Assembly: GCA_046299515.1 (NCBI GenBank)
Contig: JBKBID010000003.1
Span: 42,345 to 106,344 of the forward strand
DNA: 64,000 nucleotides
Reading direction: 5' to 3'
Source of the DNA: Thermoflexales bacterium
GTDB taxonomy: Bacteria; Chloroflexota; Anaerolineae; J036; Brachytrichaceae
Each line of letters starts with the position of its first letter. Positions within the stretch are counted from its first letter, which is position 1. Shown in pieces: positions 1-10,321 of the stretch. The translations under genes were made by a program, and so were the position numbers. Below the pieces are notes generated by a model, which saw only the letters and a list, made by a program, of their open reading frames with translations, made no database searches and was not told the origin of the DNA.

Positions 1-405
1 CTGGACCTGGCCGCGCCGTCGGCGGGCGCAGCCGGACATCACGGTTACGGCGCGCTGCATCGCGTCGAAGCGCCGACGGCGGATCCCAGCGGCTGGCGCA
101 TCCCCATTTTGAAGACGATCGCGACCGAAGGCGACGGCGTCGCAGCCGTGCTCGACGCCATCGCGCGCCACCGGCAGTATCTGGAGCAAGGCGCAGGCGC
201 GCGGCGTCGGGCGCAACGACTGGAGCAGGAAGTGACGCTCCGGCTGCGCGACCTCCTCTTGAAACGCGCGATGCAACAGATCGAGCCGACGCGCTATCAC
301 GCCTTGATCGAGGCGTGCATCGCCCGCAAACTGCACCCTCAGGAGGCGGCTCAGGAATTGCTGAACGAGTTGGCGCGCGACGGCGGTCACGCGCCGGCCG
401 GGTGA
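1..405 (+). CDS. meaB: MeaB/ArgK-family GTPase (methylmalonyl-CoA mutase chaperone), C-terminal part; 5' end outside window
   Basis: Frame 1 is open from base 1 and reads ...GWRIPILKTIATEGDGVAAVLDAIARHRQYL...HPQEAAQELL, typical of a MeaB C-terminus. Confidence 0.75.
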   Translation: MDLAAPSAGAAGHHGYGALHRVEAPTADPSGWRIPILKTIATEGDGVAAVLDAIARHRQYLEQGAGARRRAQRLEQEVTLRLRDLLLKRAMQQIEPTRYHALIEACIARKLHPQEAAQELLNELARDGGHAPAG

Positions 406-443
406 CCCAACGCCGACAAAAACGCCTTCACGACAACCGCGCT

Positions 444-1040
444 ATGCTCACTGCCTACCTCGTCCGGCACGGACAGACCGCGTTCAACGCCGAGGGCCGC
501 GTACAGGGCTGGCTGGATGTGCCGCTGGACGCCGTCGGCCAAATTCAGGCGGAATGCGTAGCCCGCCGCTTCAGCGAGAAGTCCGTCCAGGCAATCTACT
601 CCAGCCCACTGGTGCGCGCCGCCGACACCGCGCGCGCCATCTCGCAGGCTTGCCGTCTGGAAGTCATCTTCGACGAGCGGCTGCGCGAGTACCACATGGG
701 CGACTGGACCGGACTGACCGCTGACGAGATCCGAATGGCAGCGCCGACGGCGCACTTGGACGATCCGGAGGCGACCATCCCGAACGGCGAGAGCGCGCAG
801 CACGTGCGCGAGCGGGTCACCTCTTTCCTGAGCGATCTGATCGCGCGCCACGACGGAGAGGCGGTCGTCCTCGTTTCGCACGGCGGCACGCTCGGCGCCA
901 TGGTCGGGGCGATGCTGGGGCTGCCGGTCATGCGGCGACATCCGTTTGCCTTCGGCAACGCTTCGCTCACCGAGGTCGGTTACGACGGCAGGCGATGGCG
1001 ATTGCGCAGCTTGAACGACCGCTGCCATTTACAAGGGTAG
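444..1040 (+). CDS. Histidine phosphatase superfamily protein (PhoE/CobC/GpmB-like)
   Basis: RHGQT..N...QG..D.PL, RLRE...G.W.G and SHGG motifs; ATG at 444. Confidence 0.9.
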   Translation: MLTAYLVRHGQTAFNAEGRVQGWLDVPLDAVGQIQAECVARRFSEKSVQAIYSSPLVRAADTARAISQACRLEVIFDERLREYHMGDWTGLTADEIRMAAPTAHLDDPEATIPNGESAQHVRERVTSFLSDLIARHDGEAVVLVSHGGTLGAMVGAMLGLPVMRRHPFAFGNASLTEVGYDGRRWRLRSLNDRCHLQG

Positions 1041-1082
1041 CGGCGCGCCACACCGCAGCCCGGCAGCCGTCGGACGGCGCTT

Positions 1083-2054
1083 TCAACGCTCGACAATCTC
1101 CGCCTCAACCGGATCGATGCCGCTGTGCGAGCGGTGCGGGAGTACGGCGCCGATCGCGTCCACGATGTGGTCAAAGGCTTCCTGCACGCGGCGCAGAGGC
1201 GGTTTCTCCGCAAAGTGCTCGGCGTAGTCGGCCACCGCTTCCTCCGGCGGCACATCGCAACCGCAATGCTCCTTCAAATAGTGCTTGTGGTCCATGATCC
1301 ACAGATACAGGTCGGCTTCGGTGCGGCCGGGGAAGTCGCGCAGGATGCCCTCTTTGCGGATCGCCTCGACGATGGGCAAATAGACGTTGTCGTACCAATC
1401 CGTCACGGCCTCATCTTCGCTCACCTCGCGCCGGAGATCCAGGCCCATGAAATAGCGATGCACGGCGATGTGCTCGAGCAAGCGCGCGTAGCCGCCGCCG
1501 ATGGAGAAGCGAATGTTCTGCTCCGGCCGCAATACGTCCAGCCGCGTGCGTTCGAGGAACTCGGCGTACTCGCCGAGCAGCTCGAGCGCGTCGGCGTTGA
1601 CATCCTCGGCCGTGACCGGCACCGGCGTGATCGCCTCTTGCACCTCGGCGTCTATGTATTTCACGCCGTGTTCGCGGGCGACCGACACGCGATGGTTGCC
1701 GTCTAGCACAAAATACACATCCCCGACCTTGTAGAGCGAGACCGGCGGCAAGCTAACATCGTCATAGAAGGCGCGGTTGATCTTGCGCCAGCGGCTGCTG
1801 CTGCTGTCGTTGACCGGCAGGAAGGCGTTGTCGAAGTCGTGATAGCGCCCCACGCTGCCCTTGATCTTATCCACCGGCACCGCCTGGATGCCGCGCCGGA
1901 TGAAGCCGCGCAGCTTGAGCTTATCGCGCACCTCGTCCCATGCCATCAGCTCGGTGTTCCGCCCGGACAGCAATGACCACGCTTTGCGCAGGAAGCTTTT
2001 TGAGCGCGCCCGGCGAAAGTCGAGGTAATCTTGAGTCGAGAGTGCTTCTGACAT
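1083..2054 (-). CDS. ParB/sulfiredoxin-like domain protein of unknown function
   Basis: GSVGRYHDFD..FLP, PPVSLYKVGDVYFVLDGNHRVSVA (DGxHR motif), C-terminal RTEADLYLWI region. Confidence 0.7.
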   Translation of the reverse strand: MSEALSTQDYLDFRRARSKSFLRKAWSLLSGRNTELMAWDEVRDKLKLRGFIRRGIQAVPVDKIKGSVGRYHDFDNAFLPVNDSSSSRWRKINRAFYDDVSLPPVSLYKVGDVYFVLDGNHRVSVAREHGVKYIDAEVQEAITPVPVTAEDVNADALELLGEYAEFLERTRLDVLRPEQNIRFSIGGGYARLLEHIAVHRYFMGLDLRREVSEDEAVTDWYDNVYLPIVEAIRKEGILRDFPGRTEADLYLWIMDHKHYLKEHCGCDVPPEEAVADYAEHFAEKPPLRRVQEAFDHIVDAIGAVLPHRSHSGIDPVEAEIVER

Positions 2055-2236
2055 CTGAGAGGACTATATCACCCGGACGCGAAACCGGCCCTCCTTCTGG
2101 CCGGTTGTCAAGTTGTCAATCACTTGACAGCCTGCCCTGACAAGCCAAAGCGAACCCAGGCCGGCAAAAAGACGCCGCCGCAGTCCTCGCCTAAGGACTC
2201 AGCGTATTTCTGACAAGGGACAGACGCAACGCATGA

Positions 2237-2267
2237 GGGTAGGCGCAGGCGTTGCCTGCGCCTACCC
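2237..2267. repeat. Perfect 14-bp inverted repeat (REP-like hairpin or possible nrdJ terminator)
   Basis: GGGTAGGCGCAGGC-gtt-GCCTGCGCCTACCC, 57 nt downstream of the nrdJ stop; no U-tract. Confidence 0.7.
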
Positions 2268-2323
2268 GTGTCTCGCTGCTGCGGAGAAATGCCCCCTGCG
2301 GCGGATGCTGCTCAAGTCAACGG

Positions 2324-5300
2324 CTACGAACAGCCGGTGGTGCTGCCGCACGTTTCACACTTCAAGCAGGTCCCATTGCGCACCAGCGTCCATGCGCCGC
2401 ATTCTGGGCACGGGTCGCCTTCGTAGCCCTTCAGGCGCGCGAGCCGCGCCTGCTCGCTGCGGCTGACGCCGTTGGCAGCGCCGCTTTTGGTGGCCCGCAA
2501 ACCCGCTTGGCCGTTGTCGGTCCTCTTGTGCGCGCCGACGCGTGCGTGGCCGTTCTGCTGCGCCGTCTCATCGCTGAAGGCGCGGCCGGGCAAGCGCAAC
2601 TGGGCGGGCGGCACCGCGCGTTCGCTGATCACTTCTTCGTCGAGATATTCCGGCTCAGGCACCTCCGATGTCGCGCCGGCGTGGGCCAGGTCTTCGCGAC
2701 CGAGATAGGTGATGGCCAGCTCACGGAAGATGTAATCAATCACGCTGGTGGCCATCTTGATGTGATCGTTGCCGGTGACGATGCCGGACGGCTCGAACTT
2801 GGTGAACACAAACTGATCCACGAACTCATCGAGCGGCACGCCATACTGTAGGCCGAGCGACACGGCAATGGCGAAGCAGTTGAGCAAACTGCGGAAGCCG
2901 GCGCCTTCTTTGTGCATGTCAATGAAGATCTCGCCCAGCGTGCCGTCTTCGTATTCGCCGGTGCGCAGGAAGATGCTCTGGCCGCCGATCTTCGCCTTTT
3001 GCGTGTAGCCGGCGCGCCGGTTGGGCAGGCGGCGCTGCTTGGCCAGATAGCGCACGACGACCTTCTCGATCACCTGCTGTTGCTGGGGCGTCACCGGCAG
3101 TTGCTGACCCGCCTCGCTCACCAGCTCCGCCGCTGCCTCCTCCAACTCATCGCTCGACGTGTTCAGCGGCTGGCTGAGCTTCGACCCATCACGGTACAGC
3201 GCATTGGCCTTCGTGCCGACCTGCCAGGACAACATGTAGGCGTTCGCCACATCCTCGACTGTGGCCTCATTGGGCAAGTTGATCGTCTTGCTGATGGCGC
3301 CGCTGAGGAACGGCTGCGCCGCCGCCATCATCAAGATATGCCCTTCGGGGGAGATGAAGCGCTTGCCGTACTTGCCGCACTTGTTGGCGCAGTCGAACAC
3401 CGGCAGGTGTTCGGCTTTCAGATGCGGCGCGCCTTCCAGGGTCATCGTGCCGCACACGTAATCGTTGGCCGCGCTGATCTCGGCCTTGCTGAAGCCGAGC
3501 GCCTGCAACAGGTTGAACTTGTAGTCGTTCAATTGCGCGTCGCTGAAGCCGAGGACATTCTTACAAAAATCCTCGCCCAGGGTCCACTTGTTGAAGGCGA
3601 ACTGAATCTCAAAGGCCGTGGCCAGCGCCGCCTCGACTTTGGCCAACGCCTCGTCGGTGAAGCCGCGCGCCTTGAGCGACTCGGGGTTGATGAACGGGCA
3701 TCCGACCAGCGTGCCATGTCCGACGGCATACTTGACGATGTCCGCGATCTGCGTTTCGCTGTAGCCCAGGCGACGCAGCGCCGGCGGCACGCTCTGGTTG
3801 ACGATCTTGAAGTAGCCGCCGCCGGCCAGTTTCTTGAACTTGACCAACGCGAAGTCCGGCTCAATGCCGGTGGTGTCGCAATCCATCACCAGGCCGATGG
3901 TGCCTGTGGGCGCAATTACGGTAACCTGTGCGTTGCGATAGCCATGCCGCTCGCCCAGCGTCAACATGCGGTCGGCATCCTCGCGGGCTGCCTTCAACAG
4001 GTCAGGCGGGCAATGCGCGGGGTCAATGCCCATCGGCGGGATGCTCAAGCCCTCATACTCCGCCGCCGGCGCGTTGTAGGCGGCGCGACGATGGTTGCGG
4101 ATCACGCGCAGCATGTGCTCGCGGTTGCGCGCGTAGCCGGGGAACGGCCCAAGCTCGGCGGCCATTTCCGCGCTGGTCGCGTAGGCGCAGCAGTGCATGA
4201 TGGCGGTCAGCGCGCCGGCGATGGCGCGGCCCTGCGCGCTGTCATACGGGACGCCCATCACCATCAGCAGCGCGCCCAGGTTGGCGTAGCCCAGGCCCAG
4301 CGTGCGGAACTCGTAGCTCAGCTCGGCCACGCGCCGGCTGGGGAACTGCGCCATCAGCACGCTGATCTCCAGCACAATCGTCCACAGCCGGACGGCATGG
4401 CGATAGGCCTCAACGTCGAACTTGCCGCTTTCGACGTCGTAGAAACTCATCAGGTTCAGCGAGGCCAGGTTGCAAGCGGTGTCGTCGAGGAACATGTATT
4501 CCGAGCAGTTGTGCACGACAATTCCGTTGGCGACAAAGTGATGCGTCTCCGGCTCGGTCAAGTCATAGACCGGCTCGACACCCAGGTACTCCAGGCTGGC
4601 CACCTGGTCAAACAACGGATCGCGATAGGCGCCCACCTCGCGGTTGAGCTGGGCCAAACGCTCGGCTTTCAGGCTGCCGGGGATGAAACCGATCTCCTGC
4701 TCGAAGCGCAGCCGGGAGCTGCGGCTGATCCGCAGGCTGTGCGTCTGCTCGACGGGGTACTCGCGCAGTCCGCCTTTCCCATCCGGCATCATTGTCACCG
4801 TCTGGCCGGCCACGCGGCGATTGCGATACAGCTTGCTCTTGATGCCGAAGGCAAGCAGCATGAGCTGCACCTGGCGCAGCAGGGTTTCGCTCGTGCTGTC
4901 TAGCGCGACATACTGCGACTTTTCGCCATAGTTGGCCACAGTGCCATCGGCGGTGAAAAGGCCGCGCAACAACGCAGCCATAGACTGGCGATCCAGGCTG
5001 AACGCCTCGGCAGTAAACTGCTTGCGCGCGCTGCCCTCGTTCAACACAGCAAAGCGCTCGGCCTGCTCGACTACGACGCGCGAAGCGGTTGCCACGCGCA
5101 GCATCGCCTGCGGCTGGTTAACGCGCGTCTCACGGCGAGAACGGCCGTCCGAGGCGTGTTCCATCTTGTAGGCCATGACGCCTTCGTGAATGCGTTCGGC
5201 GACAGCCATCTCTTCGGGCGCCAGCGTAACAACGGCAGTCTTTTGCTCGCCCATCAAGCATCCGTCGCCGACGAGCAGACCGATGAACTCGGCCAGTCTC

Positions 5301-8224
5301 TCATCCAGGCTCATCTCGCCAAAGCGAGGGGGGAGCAACGCGACGCGGTCATCCTTCGTCAGATGCGCTGCCGGCACATCGCCGCGATTGAATGTGTAAA
5401 CGCGATGATCGGCGGTGAGATTCACTTCGTAGCCGGAGCGGGTGCGCAGGCGATAGACCGGTTTGAAGCCGGTGCGAAAGGCCGGCCCGACGCGATGCAG
5501 TTGCCCATCGCCCCCCAACACGTCGAACGGCTGGTCGAGCAGCGTATCAATACGGCGCAAGCCTTGCGCTGTGGCGACCAGCGTGTCGCCGGTGACGCAC
5601 GGGTTGCTGCCGCGAATCTCGCCATCGGCCGGGCAGGTGTGCCACTCGTTGATGGTGGTGTGATATTGGATGCCCGGGTCGGCGCAGTGCCACGCCGCTT
5701 CGGCGATCTTGCGCCACAGCTCGCGCGCCTTCACCATGCGCTTCGGCTTGGGCGCGCGGCCCTCTTTCTTGGCCTTCTCGATCTCCGTGCGCCAAATCAG
5801 CCCCCATTCCTTGTCCTCGATCACCGCCTGCATGAATTCGTTGGTGACGCGCACGCTGTTGTTGCTGTTCTGGCCGCTGACGGTCGCGTAGGCTTCGCTG
5901 TTCCAGTCGGTGTCGTATTCCGGGAAGTGGATGCTGGTGTACCCCTGCTGCGCAAACTGGATGACGCGCTCGATGTAATTTTGCGGGATCAGGACGCGGC
6001 GCGCCTCGGCAATCGCCTGGGCCAGCTTGGCGTTCTGCTTGCGGTCGAAGCGCGTCGCCGGGTCGGGCCATTCGTGGCAGGCCCGCATGATGGCGTTCAG
6101 GTGCTTGTTGTTGAGCTTGCTGCCGGTCACCAGCGACGCCACTTTCTGCTCTTCGATCACCTTCCAGTCAATGAAAGCTTCGATGTCGGGGTGATCCACG
6201 TCCAGGATGACCATCTTGGCCGCGCGGCGCGTCGTGCCGCCGCTCTTGATCGCGCCGGCGGCGCGGTCGCCGATCTTGAGGAAGCTCATCAAGCCGGACG
6301 ACTTGCCGCCCCCGCTCAGCGGCTCATTCTCGGCGCGCAGCTTGGAGAAGTTGCTGCCGGTGCCGCTGCCGTATTTGAAGATGCGCGCCTCGCGCACCCA
6401 CAGATCCATGATGCCGCCCTCGTTCACCAGATCATCCTCGATGGACTGGATGAAACAGTTGTGCACAAGGACGTTGTTGCACAGATACTGACCGGACTCG
6501 GTTTGGATGTCGTAGACCGGCAACACGCCGACCGGCTCGATGCGGATGATCGTCTCATCGCGCAGCGCCGGCAGCCCCTTGCCGGCGAATTCTGACGAAC
6601 ATGCCCGGTCGAGCCGCGCCGCCTTATCCGAAGACACAAATCCGATCGCCGCGCGAAAGGCCATGCGCGACTCGGCGTAGCCGATGGAGACAAACCACGG
6701 CGTCCTGCGATTGAGCCGCTTCTCCACGCCGGCTTGAACGCGGGCATAGATGCCCAGGTTGAGCAGCAGCGCCTGCACGTCTCTGGCCAACCTGGCCGAC
6801 GCAGTATTGAAGACGACATCGGCAGCGCGTGACTCGCGTTGTCGCGCAAACTCGGGTCGCAATAAGCCGTTCGGCGCGGGAGGCGCTGCGTCCAGGGCCA
6901 AAGCGGGCGCAAGAGCCAAGCGCAACGCACGGCGCCGCAGTCGCACTGCGCCGTTGGTTTGAAAGAGCGAGCGCAAATAGGCGCACTGGGCCTGACGGCC
7001 GGCGCGCCGAACTGCGGCCGGGACGCCGCGCTCACGTTCTTCGCGCAGCAGTTCGTATTTCTCGACGAATGGACGCAATCTTTCGCCGTAGAGCCGGATG
7101 CGCCGAATCGTCAACCTCGGGTCGCCGGACTCGACCGGGCGCACGTGGCAATGCGCGCCCGGGAACACCGTCTCGACCAACTGCATGACGTATGCGTGCT
7201 CTTCGTCGTTAACGGTCATCAATTCGACCGTCAAGCTGCGGTTCGCGCCCTCGTCGTAGTGCCCGACGAATCCATCGCCCTGAATCCAGCCGGCCAGCGC
7301 GCACTCGGCGATGTCACGCTCCTCTGAAGTTCGCCCGACAGCCGTAGTTGTCACGAGGCGCATGCGCTGGCCCGGCGAAAGCTGATCCACCCTCAACCAG
7401 CGGCCCGCGCCGCGCCGCTCATCGGCCGCCCAGACCAGATGATCGCCGGTCGCTTCGACGCAGACGCCATTCTTCAACACGATGCGATACACGAGCTTCT
7501 GGCCGTTAGATTTGACGGCGACTACGCGCGTCTTCCCCGCGCCGCCCGCAGACCCGTCGAAGACCTCTAGGCCGATCAGGTTCTGCGTGACAATCTCGCC
7601 GATGGCCAGCGGGCCGGATGGCGTAGAGATGAGCGCGTCGAACGGCTGGCATGCGTGCGGTTGCGGGTGCGTGTAAGCGTCCTCGGAGCGCTTCACCTTG
7701 CCGGTTTGCGGGTCCACGTAATAGTGCCCTTGCGATGGGCCGGTGATGCCATACGCCCAGTTCAGGCCGGTGTTAAACCATTGCGGGCTGTTCGGCGCGG
7801 CCATCTGCTTGGCCAGCATGTAGCACAGCTCATCATAGAAAGCGCGGGCGTCGTCTTCGGTGTCGAAGTAATTGTGCTTCCAGCCCCAATAGGTCCAGCA
7901 TCCGGCCAGGCGGTTGAACACCTGTTTGCTATCGCGTTCGCCGTGGTCGAGCGTCGCGCCCTCGGCCGGCGCGCTGCGTTGCAGCCAACCGGGCACGCCG
8001 CGCTCACGCACGCGCACGGTGGCGCTGGGCACGCCCGCCTTCCGAAAGTACTTTTGCGCCAGGATGTCGGTGGCCACCTGCGAAAAGTTCTCCGGCACAT
8101 CAATATCGTGCATCTCGAACACCGCCGAGCCGTCGGGATTGCGAATGACAGAACTACGCTTAACGAACCGGATGTCTGCGTATGGGCTCTCGCCGGCTCG
8201 GGTGAATCGTCGTGTAATCTTCAT
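2324..8224 (-). CDS. nrdJ: Class II adenosylcobalamin-dependent ribonucleotide reductase precursor (1966 aa) with two inteins; mature protein about 1204 aa
   Basis: [67 protein letters not shown] motifs; TSCPD-like C-domain and terminal Cys ribbon. Confidence 0.97.
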   Translation of the reverse strand: MKITRRFTRAGESPYADIRFVKRSSVIRNPDGSAVFEMHDIDVPENFSQVATDILAQKYFRKAGVPSATVRVRERGVPGWLQRSAPAEGATLDHGERDSKQVFNRLAGCWTYWGWKHNYFDTEDDARAFYDELCYMLAKQMAAPNSPQWFNTGLNWAYGITGPSQGHYYVDPQTGKVKRSEDAYTHPQPHACQPFDALISTPSGPLAIGEIVTQNLIGLEVFDGSAGGAGKTRVVAVKSNGQKLVYRIVLKNGVCVEATGDHLVWAADERRGAGRWLRVDQLSPGQRMRLVTTTAVGRTSEERDIAECALAGWIQGDGFVGHYDEGANRSLTVELMTVNDEEHAYVMQLVETVFPGAHCHVRPVESGDPRLTIRRIRLYGERLRPFVEKYELLREERERGVPAAVRRAGRQAQCAYLRSLFQTNGAVRLRRRALRLALAPALALDAAPPAPNGLLRPEFARQRESRAADVVFNTASARLARDVQALLLNLGIYARVQAGVEKRLNRRTPWFVSIGYAESRMAFRAAIGFVSSDKAARLDRACSSEFAGKGLPALRDETIIRIEPVGVLPVYDIQTESGQYLCNNVLVHNCFIQSIEDDLVNEGGIMDLWVREARIFKYGSGTGSNFSKLRAENEPLSGGGKSSGLMSFLKIGDRAAGAIKSGGTTRRAAKMVILDVDHPDIEAFIDWKVIEEQKVASLVTGSKLNNKHLNAIMRACHEWPDPATRFDRKQNAKLAQAIAEARRVLIPQNYIERVIQFAQQGYTSIHFPEYDTDWNSEAYATVSGQNSNNSVRVTNEFMQAVIEDKEWGLIWRTEIEKAKKEGRAPKPKRMVKARELWRKIAEAAWHCADPGIQYHTTINEWHTCPADGEIRGSNPCVTGDTLVATAQGLRRIDTLLDQPFDVLGGDGQLHRVGPAFRTGFKPVYRLRTRSGYEVNLTADHRVYTFNRGDVPAAHLTKDDRVALLPPRFGEMSLDERLAEFIGLLVGDGCLMGEQKTAVVTLAPEEMAVAERIHEGVMAYKMEHASDGRSRRETRVNQPQAMLRVATASRVVVEQAERFAVLNEGSARKQFTAEAFSLDRQSMAALLRGLFTADGTVANYGEKSQYVALDSTSETLLRQVQLMLLAFGIKSKLYRNRRVAGQTVTMMPDGKGGLREYPVEQTHSLRISRSSRLRFEQEIGFIPGSLKAERLAQLNREVGAYRDPLFDQVASLEYLGVEPVYDLTEPETHHFVANGIVVHNCSEYMFLDDTACNLASLNLMSFYDVESGKFDVEAYRHAVRLWTIVLEISVLMAQFPSRRVAELSYEFRTLGLGYANLGALLMVMGVPYDSAQGRAIAGALTAIMHCCAYATSAEMAAELGPFPGYARNREHMLRVIRNHRRAAYNAPAAEYEGLSIPPMGIDPAHCPPDLLKAAREDADRMLTLGERHGYRNAQVTVIAPTGTIGLVMDCDTTGIEPDFALVKFKKLAGGGYFKIVNQSVPPALRRLGYSETQIADIVKYAVGHGTLVGCPFINPESLKARGFTDEALAKVEAALATAFEIQFAFNKWTLGEDFCKNVLGFSDAQLNDYKFNLLQALGFSKAEISAANDYVCGTMTLEGAPHLKAEHLPVFDCANKCGKYGKRFISPEGHILMMAAAQPFLSGAISKTINLPNEATVEDVANAYMLSWQVGTKANALYRDGSKLSQPLNTSSDELEEAAAELVSEAGQQLPVTPQQQQVIEKVVVRYLAKQRRLPNRRAGYTQKAKIGGQSIFLRTGEYEDGTLGEIFIDMHKEGAGFRSLLNCFAIAVSLGLQYGVPLDEFVDQFVFTKFEPSGIVTGNDHIKMATSVIDYIFRELAITYLGREDLAHAGATSEVPEPEYLDEEVISERAVPPAQLRLPGRAFSDETAQQNGHARVGAHKRTDNGQAGLRATKSGAANGVSRSEQARLARLKGYEGDPCPECGAWTLVRNGTCLKCETCGSTTGCS
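4508..5599 (-). mobile_element. Intein 2 of NrdJ (364 aa) with LAGLIDADG homing endonuclease, inserted at SNP/CSE
   Basis: Begins [10 protein letters not shown], block B TADH, endonuclease blocks FIGLLVGDG and LRGLFTADG, ends VYDL...GIVVHN followed by Cys. Confidence 0.95.
6458..7651 (-). mobile_element. Intein 1 of NrdJ (398 aa) with LAGLIDADG-type domain, inserted at PQPHA/CFI
   Basis: Begins [10 protein letters not shown], block B TGDH, blocks LAGWIQGDG and LRSLFQTNG, ends VYDIQT...VLVHN followed by Cys. Confidence 0.95.
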
Positions 8225-8263
8225 ACGGATGCCTTACCTGAGTGATGACTGGTTGACTGATGA

Positions 8264-8716
8264 CTAGCGCTCTCCTAAGAGCCGTTCGATTTCGTTCTTC
8301 ACACTTTCGAGGTCCTTCAGATTAAGGTAGACGATGGCATAGCGGATGTAGGCCACTTCGTCCAGCTCGCGCAACCCTTGCAACACCATGTCGCCGATGG
8401 TGCGCGCAGCCACCTCGCTAACGTTCATGGCGAAAACCTGCGCCTCGATCTGGCTGGCCAACCGCTCGATGTCCTGTGCGGCAACCGGCCGCTTGGCACA
8501 GGCGATGCGCACCCCTTCTAGAATCTTGTCTCGGTTGAACGCCTCGCGCCGACCGCCGCGCTTGACGACCAGCGGCGTCGCCTCGAGGATGCGTTCGATG
8601 GTGCTGAAGCGATAGCCGCACGCTTTGCAACTGCGCCTGCGGCGTATTCCCCCCGAAGGCTCACGCACCGTGTCAATCACGTGGGTGTCACCGGAAGCAC
8701 AGCTTGGACATTTCAC
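8264..8716 (-). CDS. nrdR: Transcriptional repressor NrdR
   Basis: CPSC...IRRRRSCKACGYRFST zinc ribbon, ATP-cone, DEVAYIRYA; directly upstream of nrdJ; GTG start. Confidence 0.97.
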   Translation of the reverse strand: MKCPSCASGDTHVIDTVREPSGGIRRRRSCKACGYRFSTIERILEATPLVVKRGGRREAFNRDKILEGVRIACAKRPVAAQDIERLASQIEAQVFAMNVSEVAARTIGDMVLQGLRELDEVAYIRYAIVYLNLKDLESVKNEIERLLGER

Positions 8717-8725
8717 GGCTCATTT

Positions 8726-8772
8726 ATGCCACATCTGGCGTTAGAACATTTGCCCTACGCCATATGTAGCCT
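8726..8772 (-). promoter_or_regulatory. Two tandem NrdR boxes
   Basis: ATGCCACATCTGGCGT (8726-8741) and ACGCCATATGTAGCCT (8757-8772) keep the C.A.AT.T.G core of the NrdR palindrome and start 31 bp apart. Confidence 0.85.
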
Positions 8773-8785
8773 ATAAGGGACGCCG

Positions 8786-8814
8786 ATTTTAAGGATTCAT
8801 TTGCTCAAAGTCAA
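8786..8814 (-). promoter_or_regulatory. sigma70-like promoter of nrdR-nrdJ
   Basis: TTGACT (8809-8814), 17 bp, TAAAAT (8786-8791) on the minus strand, upstream of the NrdR boxes. Confidence 0.75.
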
Positions 8815-8938
8815 CAAGGGACAGAAAATTTTAAGGTTAGCGACAGGTCATCCAAACGGCGACAGGGTGACCGCAATGAGGCCAGATCACCCTGTCGCTG
8901 TCGTGGACAAGCGCCAATGGAACTTCGACGTGCTGAGG

Positions 8939-10093
8939 CTATCGCCGGCGCAGGAAAGAAGGAAGCTCCAGGTTATCGGGATCGAACTGAGAAGCGCGGG
9001 CCAGCGAAGGCTCGGCCTCGCTGCGCGATGCGTCTGTGTTGAGCGAGGACGACGCATACCTGGCCGCGGCTGTCCGCATTGCTGCGCTGCTCGAGCGGAT
9101 CATCCGGTACGGCGCATTGCCCTGATGGTCGAAGCCGGTGGCGATCACCGTGATGCGCACTTGATCTTTCATATTTTCGTCCACAACCGCGCCAAAGATC
9201 ACATTGCAGTCGGGGTGCGCTGCCGACTTGATGATCATGGCTGCCTCGTTCACCTCAAACAGGCTGAGATCCGGGCCGCCGGTGATGTTGAACAGAATGC
9301 CGCGCGCGCCGTCAATGGTTACATCCAACAGGTTGGACGTAATCGCTTGCTCGGCCGCCGCGCGCGCCCGCCCCTCGCCGCTGGCCGTGCCCACCGCCAT
9401 GAGCGCGGCGCCGCCCTCGGACATGATAGTGCGCACGTCCGCAAAGTCGAGGTTGATCAGCCCTGGGACGGTGATCACCTCACTGATGCCCTGGATGCCC
9501 TGACGCAACACATCATCGGCCGTGCGGAAGGCCTGTTGAAGGGTGGCCTTCTGGCCGACGATGTCCAGCAAGCGGTCGTTGGGGATTACGATCAACGTGT
9601 CCACGTGTTCTTTGAGCCGCTCGATGCCGGCCTCAGCCGTGCGCATGCGCGGCGTCCCCTCAAACGAGAAGGGCTTGGTCACCACGCCGATGGTGAGCGC
9701 GTTCAGCTCTTTGGCGATGCGCGCGATGACGGGCGCGGCGCCGGTGCCCGTGCCGCCGCCCATGCCGCATGTGATGAAGACCATGTCGGCGCCCTTGAGC
9801 AAGCTGTAAATCTCATCGGCTGACTCCTCCGCGGCTTTCTCGCCAATTTCGGCGTTGCTCCCCGCGCCTAGCCCGCGCGTCACCTTCTCGCCGATGCGCA
9901 CGCGAATCGGCGCATGGCTGAGCATCAGCGCTTGCTGGTCGGTGTTGACGGCGATGAACTCAATGCCGGCGAGGCCCTCGGCGATCATCCGATTGACCGC
10001 ATTTTGGCCGCCGCCGCCGACGCCGACGACTTTGATTTGAGCAGGTGACTCAGCACGCATGCCCGTCAAATACTCTTCTGGTTGCATGTTCAT
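8939..10093 (-). CDS. ftsZ: Cell division protein FtsZ
   Basis: [19 protein letters not shown] tubulin signature, NLDFAD, C-terminal [10 protein letters not shown]; start placed after GGAGGA SD. Confidence 0.98.
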   Translation of the reverse strand: MNMQPEEYLTGMRAESPAQIKVVGVGGGGQNAVNRMIAEGLAGIEFIAVNTDQQALMLSHAPIRVRIGEKVTRGLGAGSNAEIGEKAAEESADEIYSLLKGADMVFITCGMGGGTGTGAAPVIARIAKELNALTIGVVTKPFSFEGTPRMRTAEAGIERLKEHVDTLIVIPNDRLLDIVGQKATLQQAFRTADDVLRQGIQGISEVITVPGLINLDFADVRTIMSEGGAALMAVGTASGEGRARAAAEQAITSNLLDVTIDGARGILFNITGGPDLSLFEVNEAAMIIKSAAHPDCNVIFGAVVDENMKDQVRITVIATGFDHQGNAPYRMIRSSSAAMRTAAARYASSSLNTDASRSEAEPSLARASQFDPDNLELPSFLRRR

Positions 10094-10142
10094 CGGAATG
10101 CTTCCTCCATCGCTGCTGCGGATATCCCCGCTCACTCACAAG

Positions 10143-10194
10143 TAGTTCACAGATTCTATGCTGCTTATCCACAGTGTCAAGCGGTTTATCCACA
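10143..10194 (-). promoter_or_regulatory. ftsZ-proximal sigma70-like promoter bracketed by DnaA boxes
   Basis: TTGACA (10175-10180), 16 bp, TAGAAT (10153-10158); perfect TTATCCACA at 10165-10173 and 10186-10194; degenerate box at 10143-10151. Confidence 0.85.
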
Positions 10195-10321
10195 GCTTTT
10201 TCCCAAAATCGAGAGTTTTAAGCTAGGGAACGTCCGGATAACCCAGCGTACGCGCGCGACGTTCGCAGGCAGACGAATCCGGACACTCCACGCAACGCGG
10301 TCAAGATGACCACCCTTCAGT

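Noticed and set aside
2055-2323. Cobalamin riboswitch near nrdJ
   Set aside because: No B12-box or recognisable conserved core in the intergenic regions flanking nrdR-nrdJ.
2912-6595. Long plus-strand ORFs (663 aa, 479 aa) opposite nrdJ
   Set aside because: Antisense shadows of a GC-rich gene; no motifs, no SD, codon-mirror composition.
10136-10321. oriC in the ftsA-ftsZ gap
   Set aside because: Only two perfect boxes, interleaved with a promoter; no clear AT-rich unwinding element and no dnaA or dnaN nearby.
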